Shown: one piece after another, positions 7,194-15,186 of the stretch
How the letters are laid out: every line of letters starts with the position of its first letter
Position numbering within the stretch: position 1 is the first letter of the stretch
Assembly: GCA_015067255.1 (NCBI GenBank)
Contig: SVMS01000034.1
Span: 1-17,752, forward strand
DNA length: 17,752 nucleotides
Origin: Oscillospiraceae bacterium
GTDB lineage: Bacteria; Bacillota; Clostridia; Oscillospirales; SIG519
Direction of reading: 5' to 3'
Notes under the pieces: model-generated
Database searches by the model: none
What the model saw: the letters and a program-made list of their open reading frames with translations, nothing else
Told to the model about the DNA's origin: nothing
Program-made: the position numbers and the translations under genes

Positions 7194-7259
7194 CAGGGTG
7201 TCGAAAGGTTTTTCTACACCCTGAAAGGGAGATAGCTTCGAAGCTATCTCCCTTTGTTG
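7194..7259 (-). terminator. hairpin pair including a perfect 26-bp palindrome; probable terminator of the giant minus-strand gene, possibly bidirectional
   Basis: Hairpin cagggtgt (7194-7201) / acaccctg (7216-7223) with extended inner pairing. Perfect palindrome gggagatagcttcgaagctatctccc (7227-7252). T-runs flank it on both strands: TTTGTTG on + and TTTCAGG on -. It sits 20 nt beyond the stop of the minus-strand gene (7272-7274). Confidence 0.5.
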
Positions 7260-7271
7260 ATAAGTATGTTT

Positions 7272-10200
7272 TTAGTTGTGTAGGCTTAAAATGTATTTTT
7301 TCAGCCAAAGCAAGTCGCAAATGTCAATTTTACAGTCGTTGTTTGTGTCTGCTGTGTAGTCTGTTTCTGAAGAAAGAAGCGAGTTTTGCAAAGCAATTAA
7401 ATCAAGGATATTTATTTCTTTATCCCCTGTGATATCACCGCTATAAGCTCCTGCGCTAAATGACGGATAGAGGTCAAGTCCTATAGTCTGAGAATAGATA
7501 TTTGTATTATTGTTGAGAGAAGCGCATATTTCTCCGCTTGCAAATTGCTCGGGAGTGGTGTTTGAGGTGTCAAAGCAGTTTGTCAGCACTCCTGTACCGT
7601 CGCCCACAATAGTTTTAAAGCTTGTGTAACAGTTTGTAAAGGTTGTACCGTCTGCCGCTTCTCCTGCAATACCGCCGCAATCGGTGGGGTTAAGAGTGGA
7701 AACTGCGCCGTGAGCATAGCAGTTTATAACTATACTGCGCCAGATTTCGCCGCCTATTATACCTGCACGTATGCCGTTTTCGTTGGCTTGGGTAACGCTT
7801 GCGTTTTCAAAGCCTAAGTTTTTAATTGTGGAAAAATCCGCTCTGCCGAAAAAGCCTGCTTCCTTAAGACCTGTTTCAAAAACAGTCATATTCCGTATAA
7901 CGTGATAATTTCCGTCAAAAACACCCTTGTAGCTTACCCTATAATCATCTACATATATTCCTATAGGTGTCCATAAACAGCCTGCCAAATCAATGTCGGC
8001 TTTAAGGATAGCGTTAATTGTGTTAGTGCCTGAGTTTACTGTATTGGCAAACCAGAAAAGCTGACCTGCATTTTCAATTTCATAATAGAGCGAAGAATTG
8101 TAATAGGGAGCTTCCCAACCGCCGCAGGCAGTACAAAAGCCGTTTTCGTATTGCTGATGCAGACAAATTGAGGGATAGTCTGTGCCGATTTTTTGTGTCC
8201 AATAGGGCTTTTGATTGTTGGCATTTAAATACATTACAGCCTTACCGTTGGCAAATTGCTCGGCTGTCAGCTGTTTTGCACTGTAATAGCCGCCTAAAGC
8301 ATTGAGATAATAGCAGTTAACAACGCTTACCGTTGCAGAATTTCTGCGTACAAAGGTATTTGAATTGCTTGTGCCGACAGTAAAGCTTGCCGCTACATAT
8401 GAATTTTTAATATTAACCTTAGCCTTATCTGCCGCCCAGCCTACAAAGCCGCCGCAGGAATGAGTCTTTGTTGAGCCTAAGGAGCCGACAAAAGCACAGT
8501 TGTCAAAGCTTACGGTGGCATTGTCCATAACAATTCCCACCAAGCCGCCGTGTGTACCGTCACCCGATACACTTGAATTTATACTTGCCGAAACAATACA
8601 GTTTTCTATATTTACAGCGGCTCTCTCATTAATCATACTGATTATACCGCCCGAAAACTGTCCTGTTGTTGAGATGCTTCCTGCTATTGTCAGATTTTTA
8701 ATTGTACAGCTTAATGTATGGGGGAAAAGAGCCGTATTACTGCCGCCGCTTAAATTAACTGTTATTTTGTGTCCGTTGCCGTCAAAAATTCCCGCATAAT
8801 AATCAATTACCGCATTTGGATAATCAGATATATCAATGTCATTTTTCAAAAGTGCATTTATTTCCCAATATCCCGAACAAACCATATCTGCAAAGAATAA
8901 AAGCTGTCCCGCATTTTCAATTTCGTAAAAATTATCGCTGTTTAAAGCAGCAGGCTCATATCCGCCGCAGGTTAGACAAAAACCGTCTATACTGTATCCT
9001 ACAGAATGGTCGCAATAGATAGTAAAGAGAAGCTCAAGTGTTCCCTCATATTTTCCGATACCTGTAACAACAGCGGTAGCCATACCTATTTTGTCGTTGT
9101 CTATATATGTAACGGTGTAATCTCTGTCCTTTACCAATTTTTCATTGTAGTGCTCATATGTAAGAGATACCTCGGGCTCGTAGCTCTCTCCCTTTGAAAA
9201 GGCATAGCTCGGAAGCTCATCAACTGTAGAGCAGGTAATGTTTCTTTTAAAAACAACTACCGTTTCAGCCTTAGAAACACCCCCGTAGGAAAAGGTGACA
9301 AGCTGTTCTCCCAAAACAGAAGCGTCAAAATCTGAAACAGTATAGTAAGGAGCAGCTTCGCTTGTACCGTTATCATAGATTACCGAAAGAGCAAAATCGT
9401 AAATAAGCTCGGGAACATCTAAATAAAGGTCTGCATAATAAACTATTTTGAGGTCTACAATAAATTTTTGTGTAAGCTTTTGTTCAGCCGCTTGAAGTGC
9501 CGCTATATGCTCATTGACAGTTTGCACGCTTATGTCGTTTTTCAGTGCCTCCTGTGCATCAAAAATTGCATTTCGCAAGTCATCAAAGCTTTGTGCCGAA
9601 TAGTCTTCATAGGTATATCCCTGCACCTTTTCAATCATTTCCTTAAGTGCAAAATAATTTTCGTTTCTCACAAATTCGGCACTGACGGTTACAGGCTCGT
9701 CAGGCATAATAAAGCTTGAATTTTCTATTTTTGTACCGTTGACACATAAGCTGTCAGCCTTATAAACATAACCGTTATCCTCTATAAGACTAACATTTAC
9801 AACCGAGTCAATCTCGGCACTTGAAGGAACATATATTGTTCCTCCCAAGGCATTTACGGTAATGGAATGTGCACGTTTTTTGAAAACGGCTGTCAGCGTT
9901 TCATCTTTTTTTGCTACAAAGGTATATTCTTTATTTTGCGAAACAACCGTACCTGCAGAATTTTTCCAATGTACAAACTCATATTTAAAATTGGAATTTG
10001 CTGTTACTGTATGGGTTGCACCGCCTGCTGTTTCTATTTTATCTGTTGAAACAGTGCCGTGGCTTGAGTCGGAGGTGTTAACTGAAATTGTACAGGGCAA
10101 GCCAACCAATGGAGCTGTGTCCTTATTGTCCTTTGTGCCGTCTCCGTCATAGTCGGGGAAGGTACAGGTGCCTGTTGTTGTAAAGCTGTTTCCGTTATGG

Positions 10201-12122
10201 TTAAAAAGCTCCTTTACGGTAATCGTGGTAAAGCTTGCACCGTCAGCAGAGGAATTTTCTATTATAAGCTTATCGAAATCTATATAGTTAAAGGTCTGCT
10301 GCTGTGTGCCTGTCAGCACAAGTGTGCCTACTGCCTCACGGCCGTTATGCCAAGCCGATGTAATATCGCCGCCTATATATATTGTGGATTTATTAAGAGT
10401 AACACTTGAACCGTTTGAACCCCAGGAGAGATTGCCTCCCAAATATAAGGTAGCCTCGGGTGAATTATAAAAGGAACATCTGTAGCCTGCGTGAAGACTT
10501 CCCGAAACCCGCATAATATTATAATTTGCGACAGATACTCCTGCATTTCTGCTTGAAGCTGATACAGAGCCGTTTAAGGTGAGGTCTCCGTGATTAGCAA
10601 AGGAGGGGCCGCCATTCCAATCACCGTTAAGTATAAGAGAGCCGTTTATTTTTAATGTTTCATTCTCGGGAACAGTAACCCTTGCGCCTTCTGCAAGAGA
10701 GAGGTCTCCGTCATAGCCGTCAAAGGTAACATAAAAGGTGTCGGGCTCTATATTGTCAGAGCTTCCTCTGAGATAAAAAACATAGTCATATTTGTTGGAG
10801 TTATTTACAGATAGAGTGCCGTAGGTGTATTTAATAAGCTCGTCTGCAGGGGCGCTTTTAACTGCCGCAACAGCTTGATTGAGAATTGATGCACAGACGT
10901 CCTTTTGATAAAAGTTTCTTTTAAGTGTTGCAAGGCTGTCCCTGTTTGTGTCAAGCACAATTTTCTCCGAAGCATCTGTTGCCGCATCTACAGCACAGGT
11001 TAACCCCTTTAATAAATTGAGATATTTCGAAACCTCGCTAAGCTTAAATCTTGAAGAGAAAACATAGCTTTGATTTTTTACTGCCTTATATAAATCCTCT
11101 ACATAGGCTTTTAAAGCAACCTGAGTCAGCAAATCATCAATATTTACAGTTTGAGGTCTTAAAATATCGAAGGTAACAAAGGAAACTACCTCCATAACAG
11201 CCAATGCAAGAGTAAGCGTTCCGTTGGGTGTGGGTACGCTTTTCATAGCAAGCTTTTCGGCAAGGTCATAAAATACGCCTTGAACAAAATAGTTATATAT
11301 AAAATAATTGGAAAATTTGCTTTTTAACTCGCTGTAAAGCCTTGACATACCGTCTCTGAGCATAGAGCCTGACGGTGCAGCTGTATAAATATCCTCAACT
11401 ATTTCTATTCGCACATTTTCAAGGGCAAGGCTTGCGGAATATATTGTAATTGCATCAATAAAGCTTGCAATATACTCTGTTGCACCAACTAAATCCCCAA
11501 GCTTTTCCATAAGCATATCGTTGGTGATTTCAACCTCGGAAAGATTTAGCTTGCTCAAAAGCCTAGCGTCATTAAGCTTTGCTAAAGCACCCTCTAAAAG
11601 CTGTGCTGTTTTTTCACTTTCTGTGCTGTCGGGATTTAATTCAAGACCTAATTTTTCTATCTCCTCGATAACACCTAAAAGAGTGGATAAATATTTAGCG
11701 TATTTATTGTTGTTTTCCATAAACTCGCTGCCCTTAAAGCCGCTTACCAAATGCTGTGCAAAAATTCTGTTTGCACTGTCAAGCATATTGTTATAGGTAT
11801 AGTCGGTAAAGCCTAAGCCGTCACAAATATTTTTACAAATCTGCGCAGGGCTTGCGGCGGTGTCAATAAGCTCCTTGCCGTAGGACCAGCTGTATTCACC
11901 GCTGTTATAGAAATCTATAAAAATTTTATCAAAGGTGCCCGAAACGCCCTCGTAATATTGGTCTAAGAGATTTGAATTTTCAAGATAATAGGAATATCCG
12001 AAAAACAAATCGGAGTAATGAACATCACGCTCCTCCTCCTGTGCAAAAGCAGGCACCGTCAAGGTGCTGAGCAACAGTGTAATACAAAGAATTACCGATA
12101 TTGATTTTTTTAATATGCTCAT
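7272..12122 (-). CDS. giant secreted dockerin-containing protein (1616 aa): signal peptide, unknown N-terminal region, Listeria-Bacteroides-type repeat, FIVAR-like segment, two duplicated Cys/GLUG-type beta-helix modules, C-terminal type-I dockerin
   Basis: Perfect RBS AGGAGGA 7 nt before ATG 12122 (read on the - strand). Signal peptide MSILKKSISVILCITLLLSTLTVPAFA|QEE. FIVAR-like AQSFDDLRNAIFDAQEALKNDISVQTVNEHIAALQAAEQKL. Repeat YEFVHWKNSAGTVVSQNKEYTF. Two paralogous modules, each starting GFC(L/T)(T/A)CGG(Y/W)E...YYEIENAGQL(L/F)(F/W)FA...DIDL...FDGN(G/Y)H and containing GLUG-like GGLVG/GGFVGW/GGIAGE/GGIIGGE motifs. C-terminal GDITGDKEINILDLIALQNSLL...DTNNDCKIDICDLLWLKKYIL is a two-segment calcium-binding dockerin. 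Confidence 0.9.
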   Translation of the reverse strand: MSILKKSISVILCITLLLSTLTVPAFAQEEERDVHYSDLFFGYSYYLENSNLLDQYYEGVSGTFDKIFIDFYNSGEYSWSYGKELIDTAASPAQICKNICDGLGFTDYTYNNMLDSANRIFAQHLVSGFKGSEFMENNNKYAKYLSTLLGVIEEIEKLGLELNPDSTESEKTAQLLEGALAKLNDARLLSKLNLSEVEITNDMLMEKLGDLVGATEYIASFIDAITIYSASLALENVRIEIVEDIYTAAPSGSMLRDGMSRLYSELKSKFSNYFIYNYFVQGVFYDLAEKLAMKSVPTPNGTLTLALAVMEVVSFVTFDILRPQTVNIDDLLTQVALKAYVEDLYKAVKNQSYVFSSRFKLSEVSKYLNLLKGLTCAVDAATDASEKIVLDTNRDSLATLKRNFYQKDVCASILNQAVAAVKSAPADELIKYTYGTLSVNNSNKYDYVFYLRGSSDNIEPDTFYVTFDGYDGDLSLAEGARVTVPENETLKINGSLILNGDWNGGPSFANHGDLTLNGSVSASSRNAGVSVANYNIMRVSGSLHAGYRCSFYNSPEATLYLGGNLSWGSNGSSVTLNKSTIYIGGDITSAWHNGREAVGTLVLTGTQQQTFNYIDFDKLIIENSSADGASFTTITVKELFNHNGNSFTTTGTCTFPDYDGDGTKDNKDTAPLVGLPCTISVNTSDSSHGTVSTDKIETAGGATHTVTANSNFKYEFVHWKNSAGTVVSQNKEYTFVAKKDETLTAVFKKRAHSITVNALGGTIYVPSSAEIDSVVNVSLIEDNGYVYKADSLCVNGTKIENSSFIMPDEPVTVSAEFVRNENYFALKEMIEKVQGYTYEDYSAQSFDDLRNAIFDAQEALKNDISVQTVNEHIAALQAAEQKLTQKFIVDLKIVYYADLYLDVPELIYDFALSVIYDNGTSEAAPYYTVSDFDASVLGEQLVTFSYGGVSKAETVVVFKRNITCSTVDELPSYAFSKGESYEPEVSLTYEHYNEKLVKDRDYTVTYIDNDKIGMATAVVTGIGKYEGTLELLFTIYCDHSVGYSIDGFCLTCGGYEPAALNSDNFYEIENAGQLLFFADMVCSGYWEINALLKNDIDISDYPNAVIDYYAGIFDGNGHKITVNLSGGSNTALFPHTLSCTIKNLTIAGSISTTGQFSGGIISMINERAAVNIENCIVSASINSSVSGDGTHGGLVGIVMDNATVSFDNCAFVGSLGSTKTHSCGGFVGWAADKAKVNIKNSYVAASFTVGTSNSNTFVRRNSATVSVVNCYYLNALGGYYSAKQLTAEQFANGKAVMYLNANNQKPYWTQKIGTDYPSICLHQQYENGFCTACGGWEAPYYNSSLYYEIENAGQLFWFANTVNSGTNTINAILKADIDLAGCLWTPIGIYVDDYRVSYKGVFDGNYHVIRNMTVFETGLKEAGFFGRADFSTIKNLGFENASVTQANENGIRAGIIGGEIWRSIVINCYAHGAVSTLNPTDCGGIAGEAADGTTFTNCYTSFKTIVGDGTGVLTNCFDTSNTTPEQFASGEICASLNNNTNIYSQTIGLDLYPSFSAGAYSGDITGDKEINILDLIALQNSLLSSETDYTADTNNDCKIDICDLLWLKKYILSLHN
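7287..7442 (-). other. type-I dockerin module (C-terminus of the giant protein; coordinates approximate)
   Basis: Two F-hand-like repeats, DITGDKEINILD and DTNNDCKIDICD, each followed by a hydrophobic helix (LIALQNSLL / LLWLKKYIL). Confidence 0.75.
7487..8984 (-). repeat. intragenic tandem duplication: two ~220-240-aa Cys-motif + GLUG-like beta-helix modules (aa ~1047-1290 and ~1328-1545; coordinates approximate)
   Basis: Protein-level paralogy (DGFCLTCGGYEPA...YEIENAGQLLFFADMV vs NGFCTACGGWEAP...YEIENAGQLFWFANTV). Matching near-identical ~30-nt DNA stretches (aaaagctg.cc.gcattttcaatttc.taa) near 8066-8100 and 8905-8940. Confidence 0.6.
12042..12122 (-). other. Sec signal peptide of the giant protein (27 aa, predicted cleavage AFA|QEE)
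   Basis: Basic n-region (KK), hydrophobic h-region ISVILCITLLLSTLTV, AxA cleavage motif. Confidence 0.7.
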
Positions 12123-12140
12123 AAAAAATCCTCCTGTAAT

Positions 12141-15050
12141 CTAAAGCGATAAAAGCTCTATAATCTCGTCCTTGCTCAGCTTTGCAAGGGATATATCTCC
12201 GTCCTTCACTATGCTGTCGGCAAGGGCCGCTTTGTTTTGCTGCATTTTGAGTATTTTTTCTTCGATTGTGCCTTTGGCAATAAGCTTGTAGACCTGAACG
12301 CTTTTTTTCTGTCCCAAGCGGTAGCTTCTGTCGGTAGCCTGATTTTGCACCGATAAATTCCACCAAGGGTCATAGTGAATTACTGTGTCTGCACCTGTCA
12401 GATTAAGACCCACGCCCCCTGCCTTAAGGGAAATTAAAAAGACGGGAGTACTGTCAGCATTAAAGCGGTTTACAAGACCTAAACGCTCGTCTGCCTTGGT
12501 TTCACCTGTTATTTTATAATAGGAAATTCCTCGGCTGACAAGCTCTTTTTGAATTATTTCAAGCATAGAGGTAAACTGAGAAAAGAGCAAAAGCTTATGC
12601 TTTGATGCAATACATTCCTCGATAAGCTCTAAGCAGGCTTCCAATTTTGCGCTTTGCTCGGTGTAGTTTTCATACACCAAGGACGGATCACAGCAAAGCT
12701 GTCGCAGACGGGTAAGAAGTGCCAAAATCTGCAGCTTATCCGAGCTGTCAAGCTGACCTGAAATTTTTGTTTTTGCGGCAGTTACATTGGCAACATATAA
12801 TCTTTCCTGTTCCTCTGACAGTGCCGAGTAAATTACTGTTTCTGTTTTTTCGGGAAGCTCAGTCAAAACATCCTTTTTCAAGCGACGCAATATAAATGCG
12901 CTTACAAGCCTTTGAAGAGTTTCTGTCGCCTGCTTATTGCCTTCACGAACTATGGGAATTTCAAATCTTGTTTTAAAACGGGAATAGCTGTAAAGATAGC
13001 CGGGCATAAGAAAATCAAAAATAGACCAAAGCTCAGCAAGACAGTTTTCAATAGGTGTACCTGTAAGAGCAAGACGGTGTACGCTTTTTATAAGCTTTAC
13101 AGCCTTTGAATTCTGAGTTGAATGGTTTTTAATATATTGAGCCTCGTCTATTATTTCAAAGAAAAAGCTCTTTTGACAGTAAAATTCGATATCTCTTTTT
13201 AAAAGCTCGTAGGAGGTAACGAAAATATCGGCTCTGCTTTGTAAAAGAATTTGCTTTCGTTCTTCTGCATTACCTGTTACGGCGCAAGCTTTAAGTCGGG
13301 GCGTGAATTTTTCAACCTCACTTACCCAGTTAAGCACTAAGGAAGAGGGGCAGATAACCAATGACGGCTTTGTATTTCCGCTATCTTTAAAGCTTAATAA
13401 AAGAGATAGCACCTGCAAGGTTTTTCCAAGACCCATATCGTCTGCAAGAATACCCGAAAAGCCGTAATCATAAAGAGTTTTAAGCCACATAAAGCCTGTC
13501 TTCTGATACTCTCTCAAAATGTTCTCTAAGCTTTGGGGAATTTGAGGCTGAGAAAAATTTACATTTTTGATACGTTCAACAAAATTTTTAAAATCGGTAT
13601 TTGAAGAGTAGGAAACAAGCTTGCTTTTTTCTATAACGGAATCAAGATAAATTGCTCTGTGTGAGGGTATCTCAATTATACCCGAAAGAAGATTTCTCGG
13701 GCTTAAATCAAGACCCTGCATAAGCTCATAAAGCTCTGCAACAGGCGAGCTTTCAAGATTTAAAAACGAGCCGTTTTTAAGACGTACAAACTTCTTTTTT
13801 CTTTTATACGTTTCTATTGCGTCAATAACATCGGTGGGGCTTAATGAGCCGTAATCTATATCAAGAGAGATAAGATTGCTCTGAAGGCGCACACCTATAC
13901 TCATTCCTGTAGCACGCACGGGTTTTATCCCTGCAATTTCCTGCGAAACAAAAACCTGAGCAAAACGGGACAGCCTAAGGGCGCCGTAGGATAAAAAGTC
14001 AAACATTTTGTCTTCGTCTTTGCAAAGAAAGATGTTTTTTGTTTCGTCATATTCGGTAAAAAACTCTTTTATACAGGCTTCGCACACTTTTTCTTTTTCA
14101 ATATCCAACGAGCTTTTAAAGCTTTTGTTTACTATGTCGGTGTGCATTTTGTCCCCGTAATGAAACTCAAGCCTTGCAAAAAATTCAAAGCTGTCAAGAC
14201 GGTCTATATACGCCTTGCATACAAGGGAGGAGAGAGCTTTGAAATCAAGCTCCTGAGGAATTTCGGGAATATTTATAAATTCGGAGACCTTTGAAAGAAC
14301 ACAGGAGCAAAACTCTTCAAAATCATTTTTTTGCAAAACAAAAGAGTATGAACCCGATGCCGAAATTTCATAAAGAAGCTCTCCTGCAGCAGCGGTAAAC
14401 TCGCTGTCGCAGACATATATTTTTTTATCAATAAAAATATAACAGCTGTTAACACCCATAAATGCTTTGAAATGGGGCGAAAAGGTGAGCCTGAAGCTGT
14501 CCTCTCTCAGCTTTGAAAACTCAAGATTTATCTGAGGATTTTCATATATAACCTCAGCCTTGAAGCGCTCTGAGTCAATAACCTCAACGGCATTATCTAT
14601 GCAGCTTTCAAAAAAGCTGTCAAGTGTGTAGCGGTTAAGACGCAGATGCTTTTTATCGGTGCTTCTGCGGTAATAGCTGTAGGTGTCAACACTTTGAGGT
14701 AACTGCTTCATAAGAAAGCTCAAGGTCGGCAAGCTGTCAGCTTCAAAGCTGTCGGGGCTGTGGTAAAGCTCGTCTTTTCCGTAAGAGGCTAAAGCGTTGT
14801 TTTCCATATTCAGCTTAAATTCAGACAGATTGTTGAGAACATAAAGCCGATTTACACCTATTTTAAAGGAGAGAGAAAGAGAGCTGTCGTTTTCAAAATT
14901 GATAACAGGCAAAAGCTTTGCCTTTTGCCCTGTCATAAGAAGCTTTGCATCGTTTTGCGCCTTTTTGGTGTATTTCCTTATGGCAGAAAGCAAAACGGGT
15001 GATGTGCTCTTTGGCAAAAAAGCTTCTTGTGTATTGTTTTTATCCGACAC
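12141..15050 (-). CDS. SNF2-family DEAD/DEAH-box helicase (YwqA/RapA-like) with an uncharacterised ~450-aa N-terminal domain
   Basis: 969 aa. Helicase motifs: I ILADDMGLGKTLQ, II DEAQYIKN, III LTGTPIEN, C-terminal helicase domain (LLFSQFTSMLEI..., GGVGLNLTGADTVIHYDPWWN, QATDRSYRLGQKKSV). GTG start at 15050 preceded by AGGAGGG with a 7-nt spacer. The nearby ATG at 15043 is out of frame. Stop TAG at 12141-12143, only 18 bp before the dockerin-gene ATG. Confidence 0.9.
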   Translation of the reverse strand: MSDKNNTQEAFLPKSTSPVLLSAIRKYTKKAQNDAKLLMTGQKAKLLPVINFENDSSLSLSFKIGVNRLYVLNNLSEFKLNMENNALASYGKDELYHSPDSFEADSLPTLSFLMKQLPQSVDTYSYYRRSTDKKHLRLNRYTLDSFFESCIDNAVEVIDSERFKAEVIYENPQINLEFSKLREDSFRLTFSPHFKAFMGVNSCYIFIDKKIYVCDSEFTAAAGELLYEISASGSYSFVLQKNDFEEFCSCVLSKVSEFINIPEIPQELDFKALSSLVCKAYIDRLDSFEFFARLEFHYGDKMHTDIVNKSFKSSLDIEKEKVCEACIKEFFTEYDETKNIFLCKDEDKMFDFLSYGALRLSRFAQVFVSQEIAGIKPVRATGMSIGVRLQSNLISLDIDYGSLSPTDVIDAIETYKRKKKFVRLKNGSFLNLESSPVAELYELMQGLDLSPRNLLSGIIEIPSHRAIYLDSVIEKSKLVSYSSNTDFKNFVERIKNVNFSQPQIPQSLENILREYQKTGFMWLKTLYDYGFSGILADDMGLGKTLQVLSLLLSFKDSGNTKPSLVICPSSLVLNWVSEVEKFTPRLKACAVTGNAEERKQILLQSRADIFVTSYELLKRDIEFYCQKSFFFEIIDEAQYIKNHSTQNSKAVKLIKSVHRLALTGTPIENCLAELWSIFDFLMPGYLYSYSRFKTRFEIPIVREGNKQATETLQRLVSAFILRRLKKDVLTELPEKTETVIYSALSEEQERLYVANVTAAKTKISGQLDSSDKLQILALLTRLRQLCCDPSLVYENYTEQSAKLEACLELIEECIASKHKLLLFSQFTSMLEIIQKELVSRGISYYKITGETKADERLGLVNRFNADSTPVFLISLKAGGVGLNLTGADTVIHYDPWWNLSVQNQATDRSYRLGQKKSVQVYKLIAKGTIEEKILKMQQNKAALADSIVKDGDISLAKLSKDEIIELLSL

Positions 15051-15082
15051 AGCATATCCCTCCTTGAAATATTAAGTAATAT

Positions 15083-15091
15083 ATTATACCA
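15083..15091 (-). promoter_or_regulatory. candidate extended -10 element (TGgTATAAT on the - strand) for the SNF2 helicase gene
   Basis: Reverse complement of 15083-15091 is TGGTATAAT, 30 nt upstream of the GTG start. No good -35 (best TTTTCA). Confidence 0.35.
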
Positions 15092-15133
15092 TAAAAAAAT
15101 TGATTTGAAAAGAGAAAAATATCACTTTATAAA

Positions 15134-15162
15134 TTGACTTTAAAGGTCAAATGTGGTAAATT
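15134..15162 (+). promoter_or_regulatory. promoter for the esterase gene pair, with a palindrome overlapping the -35
   Basis: -35 TTGACT (15134-15139), 17-nt spacer, TGg-extended -10 TAAATT (15157-15162). TTGAC-tttaaag-GTCAA (15134-15150) is a perfect 5-bp inverted repeat with a 7-nt spacer. RBS AAGGAAGG at 15172-15179. Confidence 0.45.
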
Positions 15163-15186
15163 TAAAAAAGAAAGGAAGGTCTTTTT

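Noticed and set aside
2003-7206. Recurrence of the octamer TGTCGAAA (2001-2008, 2147-2154, reverse complement at 2173-2180; related GTGTCGAAAGG at 7199-7208)
   Set aside because: About one occurrence of any 8-mer on either strand is expected by chance in 17.7 kb. The three copies near 2000-2180 are already explained as arms of local inverted repeats. The 7200 copy is probably coincidental.
6922-7432. ORFs 6922..7320 (-) and 7160..7432 (+) in the convergent intergenic region
   Set aside because: They overlap the terminator hairpins and the 3' ends of the flanking real genes. They have no RBS and their translations are Cys/Leu-rich junk. The region is better explained as a terminator cluster.
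8500-10409. Several 60-99-aa ORFs on the + strand (8500..8799, 8816..9022, 9006..9197, 9468..9719, 9862..10152, 10197..10409) and similar small ORFs antisense to other genes (141..401, 1133..1399, 1546..1782, 2301..2498, 2929..3126, 5374..5562, 12912..13109, 14273..14455, 15289..15723, 15847..16146, 16741..16995)
   Set aside because: All lie antisense inside long, well-supported CDSs with strong RBSs and recognisable domains. They have no RBS and low-complexity or Cys/Leu-rich translations typical of antisense frames.
12025-12366. ORF 12025..12366 (-) spanning the junction of the helicase and dockerin genes
   Set aside because: It overlaps both real genes in another frame. Its translation is R/K/C-rich with no start context.
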